From an uncultured Chthonomonas sp. (lineage in GTDB: Bacteria; Armatimonadota; Chthonomonadetes; Chthonomonadales; CAJBBX01): a DNA stretch of 64,000 nucleotides. A program made the position numbers and the translations under genes. The first letter of the stretch is position 1; each line of letters starts with the position of its first letter. Location: assembly GCA_903885605.1 (NCBI GenBank), contig CAISJD010000022.1:6437-70436 (forward strand), read 5' to 3'. Positions 1-10,157 of the stretch are shown one piece after another. Below the pieces are notes generated by a model that was not told the origin of the DNA, made no database searches, and saw only the letters and a program-made list of their open reading frames with translations.

Positions 1-657
1 CTGCGGACGACGATGGGCGCGCATCGGGCGGCGTACGGCGCGTCCGCCATGCCGCTCACGTTTGTCTACGGCGCCCAATCGACGAACAAGTTCGGAGCCG
101 AGGCCGAGCTGCCCACAGCCGGCCTGCGGGGCGCCACGCTTGCCGACCTGAAGGCCGTCAGCACCCGCGCCGACATCACGGACTACGTCATGACCGCTTA
201 CCGTCTGGGCGCGTCCGGGGCGTCGTTCTTCGTCTACGACGGCTACTACGACTGGACCTACTACACGCTGGTGGATGAGCGGGGCCGATCGGTGGAGGGC
301 AAGATGGAGGGCCTGCGCGACGCCGCGGACCGCATCGCCGCCGACCGGGGCCGCCCCACGCTGGAACTCCAGGTGGCATCGAGCAGTCCCGCCCTGGACA
401 TCGCGGTGGAGACACGCCCCGGCGCCGATCCGGTGCGCCGGACGAGCGTGCAGATCAGCTACGATGGGGGCTACACCTGGTCCAGCGTGCCCGGCTTCGG
501 AGCGAAGGGCGGCAAGATGCACTTCGTGGTGCCCCACGGCCCCATCCAGCGGGGCTACTGGAGCATGGTCCGCGCACGCTGCTTTGACGGCACCCGGACC
601 TCGCTCTGGTCGGTCTGGAACGTCTACCCGGCGAGCGCTCCGAGGCTGTCGGAGTAG
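1..657 (+). CDS. hypothetical protein, C-terminal part (5' end lies off the left edge)
   Basis: Frame is open from base 1 through the listed ATG at 13 to TAG 655-657. Codons are GC3-rich. No motif I recognise. Confidence 0.4.
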   Translation: MRTTMGAHRAAYGASAMPLTFVYGAQSTNKFGAEAELPTAGLRGATLADLKAVSTRADITDYVMTAYRLGASGASFFVYDGYYDWTYYTLVDERGRSVEGKMEGLRDAADRIAADRGRPTLELQVASSSPALDIAVETRPGADPVRRTSVQISYDGGYTWSSVPGFGAKGGKMHFVVPHGPIQRGYWSMVRARCFDGTRTSLWSVWNVYPASAPRLSE

Positions 658-704
658 CCGATTGGGCTGCAGCGTTCGAGGGAGGCGCCTGCGGGGCGGA
701 GCGG

Positions 705-2000
705 CTACAGGAACCAGCGCACGCGGAGATCGGCCCGGAGGTCGTTGGCCTTGGCCCCGAAGTCGCTCGATCGAGCGCCCGACAGGATCGAGAGCTGACC
801 GCGAAGCTCAAGCCTGCCTTCGGGCTTGTAGGTGGCTTCTTGCGTGAGGGTGAAGGTTCGGTCGTCGAGGTTCATCGTCAGCATCACGGCGGGCGTGAGT
901 TGGGTAACCCCGAAGGCGTCGGGCCGACTGGCCCGGACATAGAGATACGAGCGTCCTGCGTTGGCACGGCCGTAGGCGCCCTCGGCCAGGTCCAGGGCCC
1001 GGTCCATGGCCGTCCTGTCACCGGTCGCCTCGAAGGTCGCCCGCGAGGCGGAGGTGAAATCAAAGAAGTCGCGCATCTCTGCGGGCGAATAGCCCGCATT
1101 GTTGCGGTAGTACTCGGCGATGACGGTGATCTCCTGGGGAGTGATGAAGCGTACGCCCATGAGGTAGGCGTCGGTCGAGCCCCCAGCGGTGCGCACACTT
1201 CCGGCTGCGTCCACAATCGGGCGCGAAGCGCGTGTGTCGCGGCCCCACTCACCGTGGACTTCGAGGCTCGGCGTCAGGTTTCGCGAGAAGTCTGCGCCAT
1301 AGCGGTCTCCTCGGCCTCCGCCGGAGATGGCGATGAGGTCCAGGTCGGTGTCATGGACCAGCGAGTAGAGCTTGAGGCCGTAGAGGGGCCTTCCCGCCGA
1401 GCCAAGTCGATCGTTGATGCCGCTGAACACGGGCGCCACAAGGGGCGACACCGTCAACGCCTTGACGGCTCCGCCGGCGGCGGAGGTGTACTCGGCCCCA
1501 ACGAACGTGATGCCCTCGAGGGCGAGCTCCGGGTCTTCGGGGTCCTTGGCCCGATCCAGGAAGGCCGCCGGGTTCCAAGCATAGCCTTTGCCCCACCGAA
1601 GCGACTTCTTGCCCATGTCGAGTGTGAGCTTCTGGGTGGGCCGGACCGATGCGTAGGCCTCGTAGAACCGGGTGTCGGTTGACCAGCCCCGGTACTCATG
1701 GCGCAGGTTCGAGTTGGTGCGCGAAAAGAGCGTGGTTCCACCTGCCTGGTGCTTCACGTCAAGCTGAAGCGCGGAGTCCCACTGGAGGAGCGGCGACGCC
1801 GGGTTGTGCCCGAATGTGCGTAGCCAGTAGTAAGGTGCGTTGCGGTCAGGCGCGTAGATGCCGGGGCGGACCTCAAGGTAGCCGCCGATCGTCGTGGGCT
1901 CCTTGCGAATCTCTGAGAGATCGAAGGTGGCCTCCTCCTGAGCGCCTACGAAGGATGGGCTCAGGAGGAGTACGGCGGCAAGGCTGAGGAGCCGTCTCAC
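705..2000 (-). CDS. putative outer-membrane beta-barrel protein of the ABC/LolA-like cassette
   Basis: Signal peptide MRRLLSLAAVLLLSPSFVGAQEE. Gly/aromatic-rich alternating sequence. C-terminus is ...RADLRVRWFL. GTG start overlaps the stop of the upstream gene (GTGA at 1997-2000). Confidence 0.5.
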   Translation of the reverse strand: MRRLLSLAAVLLLSPSFVGAQEEATFDLSEIRKEPTTIGGYLEVRPGIYAPDRNAPYYWLRTFGHNPASPLLQWDSALQLDVKHQAGGTTLFSRTNSNLRHEYRGWSTDTRFYEAYASVRPTQKLTLDMGKKSLRWGKGYAWNPAAFLDRAKDPEDPELALEGITFVGAEYTSAAGGAVKALTVSPLVAPVFSGINDRLGSAGRPLYGLKLYSLVHDTDLDLIAISGGGRGDRYGADFSRNLTPSLEVHGEWGRDTRASRPIVDAAGSVRTAGGSTDAYLMGVRFITPQEITVIAEYYRNNAGYSPAEMRDFFDFTSASRATFEATGDRTAMDRALDLAEGAYGRANAGRSYLYVRASRPDAFGVTQLTPAVMLTMNLDDRTFTLTQEATYKPEGRLELRGQLSILSGARSSDFGAKANDLRADLRVRWFL

Positions 2001-2725
2001 TGGAGTGTGTCTAACTTCGGCATGTAGGCGAGCGTGAAGACCTCATCCTTCAGGGCGCGGGCCTTGACGTTTGCGAAGATCATCGTCGATCGGTAGCCCT
2101 TCTGCAGCGGGCTGTCGGTCTCGACCGTTGCCGGCCGGGTGATCCCGCCGAAGTCCTTGATGTCCTTGAATCGCAACGTTTTGACCAGGATGCCCGCCGC
2201 CGTCACGCACTCGATCTTTGTGGGCTGCGGAGACTTCTTCGTCACCCACATGCGCAGCCGGTCATAGGCCACGGTCCGGTTCTTGGCCTTGAGGTGGAGC
2301 AGATTCTCAGCGCCTGCATCCTCAACCCGTTCGACGGAGTACTCGGCGCTGTAGTCCACGCTGAGGATGTCGGCGTTGTTGAAGACGCCCCCAACCACGG
2401 ATTGAAGGCTCGTGATGCGCACGGGCTTGCCCACGTTCGGGATGTAGAGCCACATGTTGTCGCCCAGGCGCAGGGTGGTCCTGCCCTTCTCGGTGGCTGG
2501 AGAGAGGAACAGCATGGCCACCTTGTCACGGTCCTTTTTGACTGTAAACATCACAAACTCACGACGCTTGCCATTCGGCTCTATATTGATGATCTTTCGG
2601 TAAGCTTCATAGGTCGGCGGGTTCAGGTTACGGTCCACCTGCTTCAACAGCGCTTCGCCGTCGATCGCGTAGGCCGATAGCGGCACTGCCGCCAGCGCCA
2701 GGACACACAGCCATGGTCTACTCAC
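1997..2725 (-). CDS. outer-membrane lipoprotein-sorting (LolA-like fold) protein
   Basis: Signal peptide (V)SRPWLCVLALAAVPLSAYA. About 240 aa. Sequence style (LLKQVDRNLNPPTYEAYRKIINIEPNGKRREFVMFTVKKDRDKVAMLFLSP) is typical of LolA-like proteins encoded next to FtsX/ABC pairs. GTG start with AGGGGGG RBS. Confidence 0.6.
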   Translation of the reverse strand: MSRPWLCVLALAAVPLSAYAIDGEALLKQVDRNLNPPTYEAYRKIINIEPNGKRREFVMFTVKKDRDKVAMLFLSPATEKGRTTLRLGDNMWLYIPNVGKPVRITSLQSVVGGVFNNADILSVDYSAEYSVERVEDAGAENLLHLKAKNRTVAYDRLRMWVTKKSPQPTKIECVTAAGILVKTLRFKDIKDFGGITRPATVETDSPLQKGYRSTMIFANVKARALKDEVFTLAYMPKLDTLQ

Positions 2726-2773
2726 TTCGCCCCCCTGTTCCCGTGCTACGTCGCGGCGCTGCCGGCACCGCTT

Positions 2774-4012
2774 TCAGTTGTGCCTGAGCGCTTCAATCGG
2801 TTCCAGCCTCGACGCCTTGATGGCAGGTTGCAGGCTCGCGATGGCCGAGATGGCGACTACGATCACAGCAAGCGCCAGCACTTGCCCGATGCCGACGCTG
2901 GGCGCCAGTACGAGGCCGCGCTGCTGGCCGAAGTCGAAGGTGAGCTTGGCGATGCGGAGCGCACCGATCAAGCCCAGCCCAACGACAGTGCCCAGAAGCG
3001 TGCCCAGGGCGCCGAGGATCAGCCCTTCGAGAAGGAACATCGAGCGGATGGTGGCGGGCAAGGTGCCGATCGCCGCCATGGTTCCGATCTCCCGGACACG
3101 CTCGTACACGGCCATGATCATGACGTTCATGACGCTCACGAGCACGATGCTGACGAGGATAAGCCGGATAAAGATGGTCAGGATATCAATCATATTGGCC
3201 ACATTCGAGAACGGTGCGAGGCTTTCCCACGTGTGGACCTCGAAGGAGGGCTTCCCTTGCTTATTGCGCATGCCCCCCAGGCTCGTGGACAGGGCCGCAT
3301 AGGTGGCCTTCAGGCTGCCGAAGTCCTTGAGCCTCACCGCGATCTCGCTCACCTCCGGCTGGTCGAGCCGCAGGATTTCGGCAGCGTCGGACTGATGCAC
3401 ATAGGCGTCTCGGCCACCGGGGCCCGACACGCTGGCCAGGATACCGCCCACCTGCACCTGCTTGCCGTTCACAGACCCCTCGGCGTTGGTGGCGAGGAGA
3501 ACCACGGTGTCGCCGGGCTTGACCTGCATGCCGCGAGCCAGCAGCTCCGGCACAAGCATGATGCCGGGGCGGATTTCCGGTTTGCCCTGAACGACCCGAC
3601 CTTTGAGCATGGGCGCCGTGGCGAACTCGCGGTCGGGGTCCACGCCGTTGACGCGCACACTGGTGCTCTCGGTGAAGGTGCTGAAGACGCCCCCGAACTT
3701 GATCCTCGGCGAGAAGGCCTCGACAGCGTCGGACTTGCCCAGTTCGGCCTCAATCTTCTGGATCGCCTGCGGCTTCAGGTTCATGGCCAGCGGCAGCGTC
3801 TCGATCGAGGCGACGTATCCTTTGCGATGTATCTGCAGATGACCCAGCATGGAATCGGTGATCTGCCCGATCATCATGGCCTTGAAGGAGCCGGCCGCTG
3901 CCTCAAACACGAGCACGAAGAGCACGCCGATGGCGACCAGCGAGCCGGTAAGGAGCGTTCGCCGGCGGTAGCGTGATAGGTTGCGCAGGGCAATGATGAG
4001 GAGCTGTTTCAT
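2774..4012 (-). CDS. ABC transporter permease, FtsX/MacB-type
   Basis: N-terminal TM ([17 protein letters not shown]), large periplasmic loop and a C-terminal 3-TM FtsX-like block ([32 protein letters not shown]). ATGA overlap with the ATPase gene at 4009-4012. Confidence 0.8.
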   Translation of the reverse strand: MKQLLIIALRNLSRYRRRTLLTGSLVAIGVLFVLVFEAAAGSFKAMMIGQITDSMLGHLQIHRKGYVASIETLPLAMNLKPQAIQKIEAELGKSDAVEAFSPRIKFGGVFSTFTESTSVRVNGVDPDREFATAPMLKGRVVQGKPEIRPGIMLVPELLARGMQVKPGDTVVLLATNAEGSVNGKQVQVGGILASVSGPGGRDAYVHQSDAAEILRLDQPEVSEIAVRLKDFGSLKATYAALSTSLGGMRNKQGKPSFEVHTWESLAPFSNVANMIDILTIFIRLILVSIVLVSVMNVMIMAVYERVREIGTMAAIGTLPATIRSMFLLEGLILGALGTLLGTVVGLGLIGALRIAKLTFDFGQQRGLVLAPSVGIGQVLALAVIVVAISAIASLQPAIKASRLEPIEALRHN

Positions 4013-4713
4013 GACGCCGCCCCCGCGCGCCTGTCTTCCACCGAGATCAACCGACCATCCTCCAGAGTGTACAAGACCTCAACCTGGTCGACCACCTTGG
4101 TGTCATGGGTGGAAAAGACGAATGAGGTGCCGAACTCGTCCTTCATGCGGCGCATGGTTTCGATCACCGCGAAAGCGGACGCATGGTCCAGGTTAGCGGT
4201 AGGCTCATCGGCCAACACCAGCTTGGGGCTGGTGACGAGGGCGCGGGCTACGGCTACACGCTGCTTCTGCCCACCCGAGAGCTGGTCGGGGAACTTGTCG
4301 CGCTGGTCTGCCACGCCGACCGCTTCCAGCAGCGCTGCCACGCGGCGCTTGCGCTCGTGCTCGGGCACGTGCTGCACCAAAAGAAGGGGGTACTCGACGT
4401 TCTCGCCGGCGGTGAGGGCCGGAATCAGGTTGAAATCCTGGAACACGAAGCCCAGGTGTCTGCCTCGGAACGCCGCCGCCGCCGGCCCTCTCAACTGCGA
4501 GACATCGGTCCCGGCGACGGCAAGGCGTCCGGAGGTGGGTTTGTCCAGGCAGCCAACCAGGTTGAGCAGCGTGGACTTGCCGCTGCCGGAGGGGCCGATG
4601 AAGGCGCTGAACGTGCCGGGCTCCACGACAAACCCCACGTCCGTGAGAGCTTGAAGCGTCATCTCGCCGGTCATGTACTGCTTGGACACGCCATCCGCAA
4701 CGATCAGGCTCAT
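4009..4713 (-). CDS. ABC transporter ATP-binding protein (LolD/MacB-like)
   Basis: Walker [13 protein letters not shown], signature [15 protein letters not shown] and Walker [21 protein letters not shown] 5 nt upstream of the ATG. Confidence 0.9.
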   Translation of the reverse strand: MSLIVADGVSKQYMTGEMTLQALTDVGFVVEPGTFSAFIGPSGSGKSTLLNLVGCLDKPTSGRLAVAGTDVSQLRGPAAAAFRGRHLGFVFQDFNLIPALTAGENVEYPLLLVQHVPEHERKRRVAALLEAVGVADQRDKFPDQLSGGQKQRVAVARALVTSPKLVLADEPTANLDHASAFAVIETMRRMKDEFGTSFVFSTHDTKVVDQVEVLYTLEDGRLISVEDRRAGAAS

Positions 4714-4745
4714 GAACTACCTCCAGCTCAGCCGTCCGGCCATCG

Positions 4746-4760
4746 ATGCCGATTCGGCAT
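4746..4760 (-). promoter_or_regulatory. 15-bp perfect palindrome ATGCCGATTCGGCAT nested in a 7-bp outer inverted repeat, in the leader of the ABC operon
   Basis: Read directly. The inner palindrome is 4746-4760 and the outer arms are ccgtccg (4732-4738) and cggacgg (4762-4768). It lies 33-55 nt upstream of the ATPase ATG (4713). Confidence 0.3.
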
Positions 4761-4946
4761 ACGGACGGTCTTACGCCCACCCGCTTTGTCGGGTTCCGTA
4801 TGCAGGACGCCGCCGACGGGGTCCGGTTCCCCGGCCCCATCCGCATTTGCGATCGGTCCTGGCGGCCCTGGCGCACGGCCCCGCCCAGCCCGGTGGAGGG
4901 AGGCCGTCGCCGGCGGCACCGGGCGTCGGCGGGGCGTCATCCCGGT

Positions 4947-5531
4947 CTACCGCACCAGGTCGCAGGCGTCGGCGGGCATCCAGTGGGCCTCCTGGCCTTC
5001 CCACTTCACATTGCAGCCGATAGGGTTCGTGAGCGGACTGGTTACCGGGCGGCCTGCCAGCAGGTCCTCGATCGCGGTCTCCAGGTCGTTCACCGTGGCC
5101 TTCTCGGCCTCTCGGGGGTTGTCCAGGGCGCGGCCGGTGTAGGCGAGCTTGCGCTCCTTGTCGAAGACGTAGAAGTGCGGGGTGCGGAGGGCGCCGTAGG
5201 CCAGGGCGGTGCGCTGGCTCTCATCGCGCAGGTAGACCCACGGGAAGCGCTGTTCCTCCATGCGCTCAATCATCTTGAGGAACGAGTCGCCGGCATAGGT
5301 GAGGACCGTGTTGGCGTTGACGCCCACGAAGCGTACGCCGCGGTCGGCGAACTTCAGGGAGGTCGCGCGGGTCGCCTCGTCGGAGCCCAGCACGTAGGGG
5401 CAGTGGTTGCAGGTAAAGAAGATCACCAGGATGGGTGCGTCGTCGAAGTCGGCCAGCGTATAGCAGCGGCCGTCCGTGGCCGGGAGCGCGAAGTCGGGCG
5501 CGTGGGCGCCGAGCGGCAATGTGAAGCTCAT
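4947..5531 (-). CDS. thioredoxin-fold (TlpA/redoxin-like) protein
   Basis: [11 protein letters not shown]...[14 protein letters not shown] places a CxxC (CNHC) motif in the canonical redoxin position. About 194 aa. Confidence 0.75.
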   Translation of the reverse strand: MSFTLPLGAHAPDFALPATDGRCYTLADFDDAPILVIFFTCNHCPYVLGSDEATRATSLKFADRGVRFVGVNANTVLTYAGDSFLKMIERMEEQRFPWVYLRDESQRTALAYGALRTPHFYVFDKERKLAYTGRALDNPREAEKATVNDLETAIEDLLAGRPVTSPLTNPIGCNVKWEGQEAHWMPADACDLVR

Positions 5532-5674
5532 GCGATCTCCTCCCGTGCCCAGGTCCCTGGGCGCGTCTCAGCTTACAGGATACCGGTCCCGGAGCGGCCG
5601 GGCCGGCGCTGGTTGCGGGTAGGCTCTTTCGGGCAGTTTGAGCCCTGCACAGCTAGATACGGAGTTCCCCCATC

Positions 5675-7645
5675 GTGAAATGCACCATCGTCGCCGCGCT
5701 TCTGGCGCTGCTCGCCGCCTCTGCCGCACTGGCCGGCGAAACCACCTGCCGCGAGGTCCGCGCGGTGAAGCTCTCAGCCCCGCCTGTGATCGACGGAAAG
5801 CTCGACGACGCCGTCTGGAAAGAAGCCGCCGCGTGCACGGGCTTCCTGGACGAGATGTGGTCCACACCGGTGGCTGAACAGACCATTGTACGCGTGGGCT
5901 ACGACTACAAGTGCATCTACGTTTCGTTTCGCTGCCTCGACACGCAGCCGAAGGCCATCGTCGCCCGAGAGACCAAGCGCGGCGCCGACTTTTTCCAGGA
6001 GGACCGCGTCCGGCTGCGCCTCAACCCTTTCAACAGCAAACGCGAGGAAGACGAGAGCGAACTCCACCTGAACCCGCTGGGCACCCAGGCGTCCGAGCTG
6101 GCCGGCGGCCGCGCAAACAAGCAGGAGTGGGAAGGCGCCTGGAAGGCCGCGGCGCAGATCGTGGAGGATGGCTGGGTGGCCGAGATGGCCGTGCCCTGGA
6201 GCGTCTTCGTGCGCCCGCCGGGCACCGGCAAGCCGGCTACGCTCGGCATTAACTTCGACCGCTACCAGGCCCGCACCCGGGTGAAGTCCTACTGGAGCAA
6301 CCTGGGTCAGCAGGAGCGCCGCGAGTTCGGCGGGCAGTGGTTGGATGTCGTCATGCCGCAGGCCGACGAGGTCGACCGGCTCTCCGTGCTGGGCTACCTC
6401 TTCGGCGGGGCAGACGGCGGGAACGTCACCGGGCGGGCGGGGCTGGATGCGCGCTACCAGTTCACGCCCTCGCTGACGGGCCAGGCCACGTTGAACCCGG
6501 ATTTCTCCAACGTGGAGGGCGCCGTCACCAGCGTCGATTTCTCTTACGCCGAGCGGCTGCCCGATGAGCGGAGGCCCTTCTTCCTGGAGGGCGCCGAGTA
6601 CTTTTCCTCGCCCCTCTACCATGTGCGCCCCTTCGCCAGCGTGCGGCTGGGCGACATGGACCTGGGCGCCAAGTTCTACGGCCGGGTTCGGCAGGGCACC
6701 GACGTGGGCCTGCTGGCGGGCCGCGACGCCTACGGCCGCTCCGACGCCGTGCTCAACTTCGCGCACCAGTTTTCGCCCTACGACAGCGTGGCCTTCCAGG
6801 GCGTCAGCCGAACCGGGCAGGGCATCAGCAACCAGGTGGGCGTGGCCAAGGCCAAGTTGCGCCGGGGCGACTGGAACCTGAACGCCGCCTACGGCAAGTC
6901 GGCCGACGCCACCGGACCGGGCGAGACCACCGACATCTCGGCCTGGTGGAGCGCCAAAGCCTGGTACGTCAGCGCCAACTATGAGCAGGTGAGCCGCAAT
7001 ATGCGCGCCCGCGACGGCTACGTCATGTTCCTGGACCAGAAGGGCTGGACCGCTGAGGGAGGCTACTACTCCAACTGGCGCACGGGCCCCTTCCGTTCTG
7101 GGAGCTGGTGGTGGAGCGCCAACAAGTATGAGCACCTCGACGGTAGCCCGTTCCGCGACGGTATCGGCACCGGTATCACGCTGGATACGGCCAACCAGTG
7201 GATGGTCGACCTGGACCTGAACACGGGAACGTTCGAGGACGACCGCGACCATGTGGTGCGCCTGGGCGCCCGCTACCCCTCGCAGGATAAGTTCCGGAAC
7301 GCCGGCATCTCCGTGGCTACGGGCAAGCGGCGCGGGAGCAACTACAGCGCCCTGAGCCCCGGCGTGACCTGGCGCTTCTTCAACCGGCTCTCGGTGGGCG
7401 CCTCGGCCGAGGTGATCAGCGCAGGCGCCGCCTACCGGCAGGACATCGTCACCCTCTCGTACGACGTGGCCCGCGACCAGGCCGTCGGCGGTCGCCTGGT
7501 GCGCCGCGACGGCAAGGCCAACGGCTACCTTAGCTACCGGAAATCGGGCTACGGCGGTACGGAGACCTTCGTCATCCTGGGCGACCCCAACTCCGAAGCC
7601 TACGCCGATCGCCTGGTGGTGAAGGTAGTGATGCCGCTGAAGTAG
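5675..7645 (+). CDS. secreted CBM9/DOMON-like domain protein with a C-terminal beta-rich (DUF5916-like) domain
   Basis: Signal peptide (V)KCTIVAALLALLAASAALA. KLSAPPVIDGKLDDAVWKEAA is the typical start of the CBM9-like module. The long Gly/aromatic beta-rich remainder follows. GTG start preceded by GGAG. Confidence 0.55.
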   Translation: MKCTIVAALLALLAASAALAGETTCREVRAVKLSAPPVIDGKLDDAVWKEAAACTGFLDEMWSTPVAEQTIVRVGYDYKCIYVSFRCLDTQPKAIVARETKRGADFFQEDRVRLRLNPFNSKREEDESELHLNPLGTQASELAGGRANKQEWEGAWKAAAQIVEDGWVAEMAVPWSVFVRPPGTGKPATLGINFDRYQARTRVKSYWSNLGQQERREFGGQWLDVVMPQADEVDRLSVLGYLFGGADGGNVTGRAGLDARYQFTPSLTGQATLNPDFSNVEGAVTSVDFSYAERLPDERRPFFLEGAEYFSSPLYHVRPFASVRLGDMDLGAKFYGRVRQGTDVGLLAGRDAYGRSDAVLNFAHQFSPYDSVAFQGVSRTGQGISNQVGVAKAKLRRGDWNLNAAYGKSADATGPGETTDISAWWSAKAWYVSANYEQVSRNMRARDGYVMFLDQKGWTAEGGYYSNWRTGPFRSGSWWWSANKYEHLDGSPFRDGIGTGITLDTANQWMVDLDLNTGTFEDDRDHVVRLGARYPSQDKFRNAGISVATGKRRGSNYSALSPGVTWRFFNRLSVGASAEVISAGAAYRQDIVTLSYDVARDQAVGGRLVRRDGKANGYLSYRKSGYGGTETFVILGDPNSEAYADRLVVKVVMPLK

Positions 7646-7677
7646 CATGGGAGCGGCGGCGTCCGGTTGGCAACGGG

Positions 7678-7721
7678 GTCAACAACGTCAAAGGCCTTGT
7701 GACCCTATTCACGTTGTTGAC
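7678..7721. terminator. intergenic inverted repeat between convergent genes (possible bidirectional terminator)
   Basis: The 11-bp arms are gtcaacaacgt (7678-7688) and acgttgttgac (7711-7721), with an inner AAGGCCTT palindrome. There is no clear U-tract, so this is tentative. Confidence 0.3.
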
Positions 7722-7753
7722 GCTGATGTCAGCGGGGCGCGGCGTCGCTCAGG

Positions 7754-10153
7754 TTACGGCTCCATACTGCCGCTGTGATCTCCTCCTCGCAGGTTCAGGG
7801 TGGCGAAACGGCCTCGGCGCGTTGGAGCGCGGCGCGGCTTGCCGTCGAGGGTCAGCGCCGCGCCCTCGGCCGGCATGGGCAGGGCGAGCTCGGCGGTGAC
7901 GCCTTCCGGCACGCTGACCTTGAACCGTAGCCCACCGGAGAGGGTCCGCTCCCATGCGACCGACACGGGGCCGTGGCGCGTGCAGACGACGCCGCTCGCC
8001 TCGCGCAGGTCGGCCAGCCGGGGCTCGATCAGCAGGCGCTTGCGGCTGAGCGGGCCCACGCGACGGACGCCCAGCACGCGAGCGCTGAGGAACGCCGCCG
8101 GGATGGGGCCGAAGTCGTGGCAGTAGTAGCTCTCATCGCCGAACTGCTCGCCCAGCGTGCCGGGCATGGACCTGCCGACCATGCCGGCCCAGCGCCGCCG
8201 CATGGTCTGCAGCGCCTCCAGGTCGGCCGCATCGGTATCCATCTCGTACATGACCTCGAACGCGAAGAGGTACGAGACGGGGCTGAGGAACTCGTTGTGG
8301 CGCTCCATCAGGGTTCGCCGCACCATGGCCAGCCGGTCCGGCGGAACGAGCCCCTTGACGAGGGCCATGACGGTCGCCTGCGGCGTGGGCGGGAAGGCCG
8401 GGATTGACTGGTCGATGGCGGCGAAGTAGCGGTCGAAGCTCGCGTCGGGCCAGCGCGTGAGGAGCCTCTTCTCGCCCTCCTTGAGCCCCGCCAGGTAAGC
8501 GCCCTTCTCGGCGTCCCAGAGATGCCGGTTGAACGCCGCCGCCAGGTCGCGCGCCGCCCTGCCCCACCGGGCCGCCTGTGAGCGCCTGCCGGTGGAGGCG
8601 GCAAGGCTCGCGGCGTCGCGCAGCATGGAGTAGACCATGGCGTTGAGCGTGGCGCCCTCGCATTCGTGGAACGCGATGGGGTTGTCGAAGTGGAGGTAGA
8701 ACTCCCGCGCCCGCACCAGGCCCCGTTCCGTGCGCCGCGCCAGGAACCAGGCCACCAGCCGCTCCGTCACGGGCCAGAGGCGGTCCACCAGCGCGCGGTC
8801 GCCCGTGCCCTCGTAGACCAGGCGCAGAAGGTTAACCCAGCAGCAGGAGCTGTCCTCGATGAAGTTGTGGATGCCCCGCTCCATGTCGCGCGGACCCAGG
8901 TTCCAGTCGGTGGGGTGCCAGGCGCGGAGGAGGTTGTCGCCCTCCTGGCTGAGCGACATTCGCGACAACTGGTTCGCGAGCAGGCGCATGTCGCTGGAGA
9001 GCGGCCGCCCGGTACCGTCATCCGCGGCGAAGGCGACCTCCGTCACCGGGTAGTCGATGTGCCCCGTGACCCACTCGCCGCCCTCGGAGCCGTCGATGTA
9101 GCCGTCCACGGCGTTGACCTCGGCGGTGCGCACGGCCATCCCCCAGAGGCGGTTGAGGAACTCGTCACTGCTGTGGAACGAGCCGACCCGCTGGAAGGGG
9201 TACCGGCGCTCCACGGCGCCCAGGCCGCACAGCGTGACGCGGCCTCGCAGCACGCGGAAGGTGACCAGGCGGCAGGTGGTCTCGTCGGTGGTGCGGTAGG
9301 TTCGGCGCCCCGGCCGGTCGGCCGCCACGTAGCGGCTGCTGCCCATGAAGGCGGCGTCGCGGCCGGAGGTGCACTGGCGCGGAAGCATCTCGACCTCGGC
9401 CTCGCCGTGTGGCTCGAAGGCGGCCTCCAGCGAGGCGCGGCACATCTTGCCCAGGTCGAGGGTGACGGCCTCGTCGGGGCCCAGCTCCAGCGGCAGGGCC
9501 GCGTCGGTGGGCCGGTCGAGCGCCTCAGTGGCGTCCTTGCGGACGATGGCCACCAGGCGTCCGCCCTCGATGCGGTCCTGCGTAAGCAGCGGAATCGCCC
9601 GTGCCCGGAAGGCGCCCCAACGGTCGCCCGGCACGGCTACGGCGTTGGGCCAGGCCGTATCATCGAAGCCCGGGGCGGTCCAGTCGCCCGCTTCGCGCCG
9701 CTCGTCCACGCGGTCGGCCAGGCCGCTGATCAGCACCTCCGGCGGTCCGAAGCGCGTGGCTGCGCTGGTGCGCCATGTGGCGTCGGTGAGGTGCCGCTCG
9801 GTGCGGCCGCCGGTGCGCGCCTCCAGCAGGCAGCCGAGGCCCGGCTGGTGTCGGATGAAGCGGTAGTTGGAGAGGCGGCCGTAGACCAGCACCGCCAGCG
9901 TGTTCGGGCCGGCGGCCAGGTGCGGCCCAACCTGCAGCGTGTCGACCTCTGGGCGCTTGGGGTCGAACCGGTTGGGCCCGCCCGCCACCATGACGCCGTT
10001 GATCCAGAGCGTGTAGCGTGCGTCGGCGAAGACCTGCAGCGTCGCGGTGTCGGGCTTGCCCTGGAGGTGGACCACCTTGCGGAAGGCGACGGCGGTGGGC
10101 GTGGCGGTGTCGGCCGCGTCCCAGATCATGGCTTGCTGAAGGGCTGCGAACAT
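7754..10153 (-). CDS. cytoplasmic GH78-like (alpha-L-rhamnosidase-related, six-hairpin) protein
   Basis: N-terminal block LQVFADARYTLWINGVMVAGGPNRFDP resembles the rhamnosidase N-domain, followed by an (alpha/alpha)6-like region. No signal peptide. I place the start at ATG 10153 (MFAALQQ), which avoids overlap with the upstream gene stop at 10158-10160. Confidence 0.5.
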   Translation of the reverse strand: MFAALQQAMIWDAADTATPTAVAFRKVVHLQGKPDTATLQVFADARYTLWINGVMVAGGPNRFDPKRPEVDTLQVGPHLAAGPNTLAVLVYGRLSNYRFIRHQPGLGCLLEARTGGRTERHLTDATWRTSAATRFGPPEVLISGLADRVDERREAGDWTAPGFDDTAWPNAVAVPGDRWGAFRARAIPLLTQDRIEGGRLVAIVRKDATEALDRPTDAALPLELGPDEAVTLDLGKMCRASLEAAFEPHGEAEVEMLPRQCTSGRDAAFMGSSRYVAADRPGRRTYRTTDETTCRLVTFRVLRGRVTLCGLGAVERRYPFQRVGSFHSSDEFLNRLWGMAVRTAEVNAVDGYIDGSEGGEWVTGHIDYPVTEVAFAADDGTGRPLSSDMRLLANQLSRMSLSQEGDNLLRAWHPTDWNLGPRDMERGIHNFIEDSSCCWVNLLRLVYEGTGDRALVDRLWPVTERLVAWFLARRTERGLVRAREFYLHFDNPIAFHECEGATLNAMVYSMLRDAASLAASTGRRSQAARWGRAARDLAAAFNRHLWDAEKGAYLAGLKEGEKRLLTRWPDASFDRYFAAIDQSIPAFPPTPQATVMALVKGLVPPDRLAMVRRTLMERHNEFLSPVSYLFAFEVMYEMDTDAADLEALQTMRRRWAGMVGRSMPGTLGEQFGDESYYCHDFGPIPAAFLSARVLGVRRVGPLSRKRLLIEPRLADLREASGVVCTRHGPVSVAWERTLSGGLRFKVSVPEGVTAELALPMPAEGAALTLDGKPRRAPTRRGRFATLNLRGGDHSGSMEP

Positions 10154-10157
10154 GCCG

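Noticed and set aside
5774-7648. 624-aa antisense ORF opposite the CBM9-like gene. Similar cases are 8666-10291, 19915-21555, 22900-25209, 30237-32243, 33827-36079 and 59151-61055.
   Set aside because: All are mirror-frame ORFs opposite genes that have clear motifs, signal peptides and RBS. Their translations are dominated by R/A/G/P/V/H runs, and none has a plausible start context.
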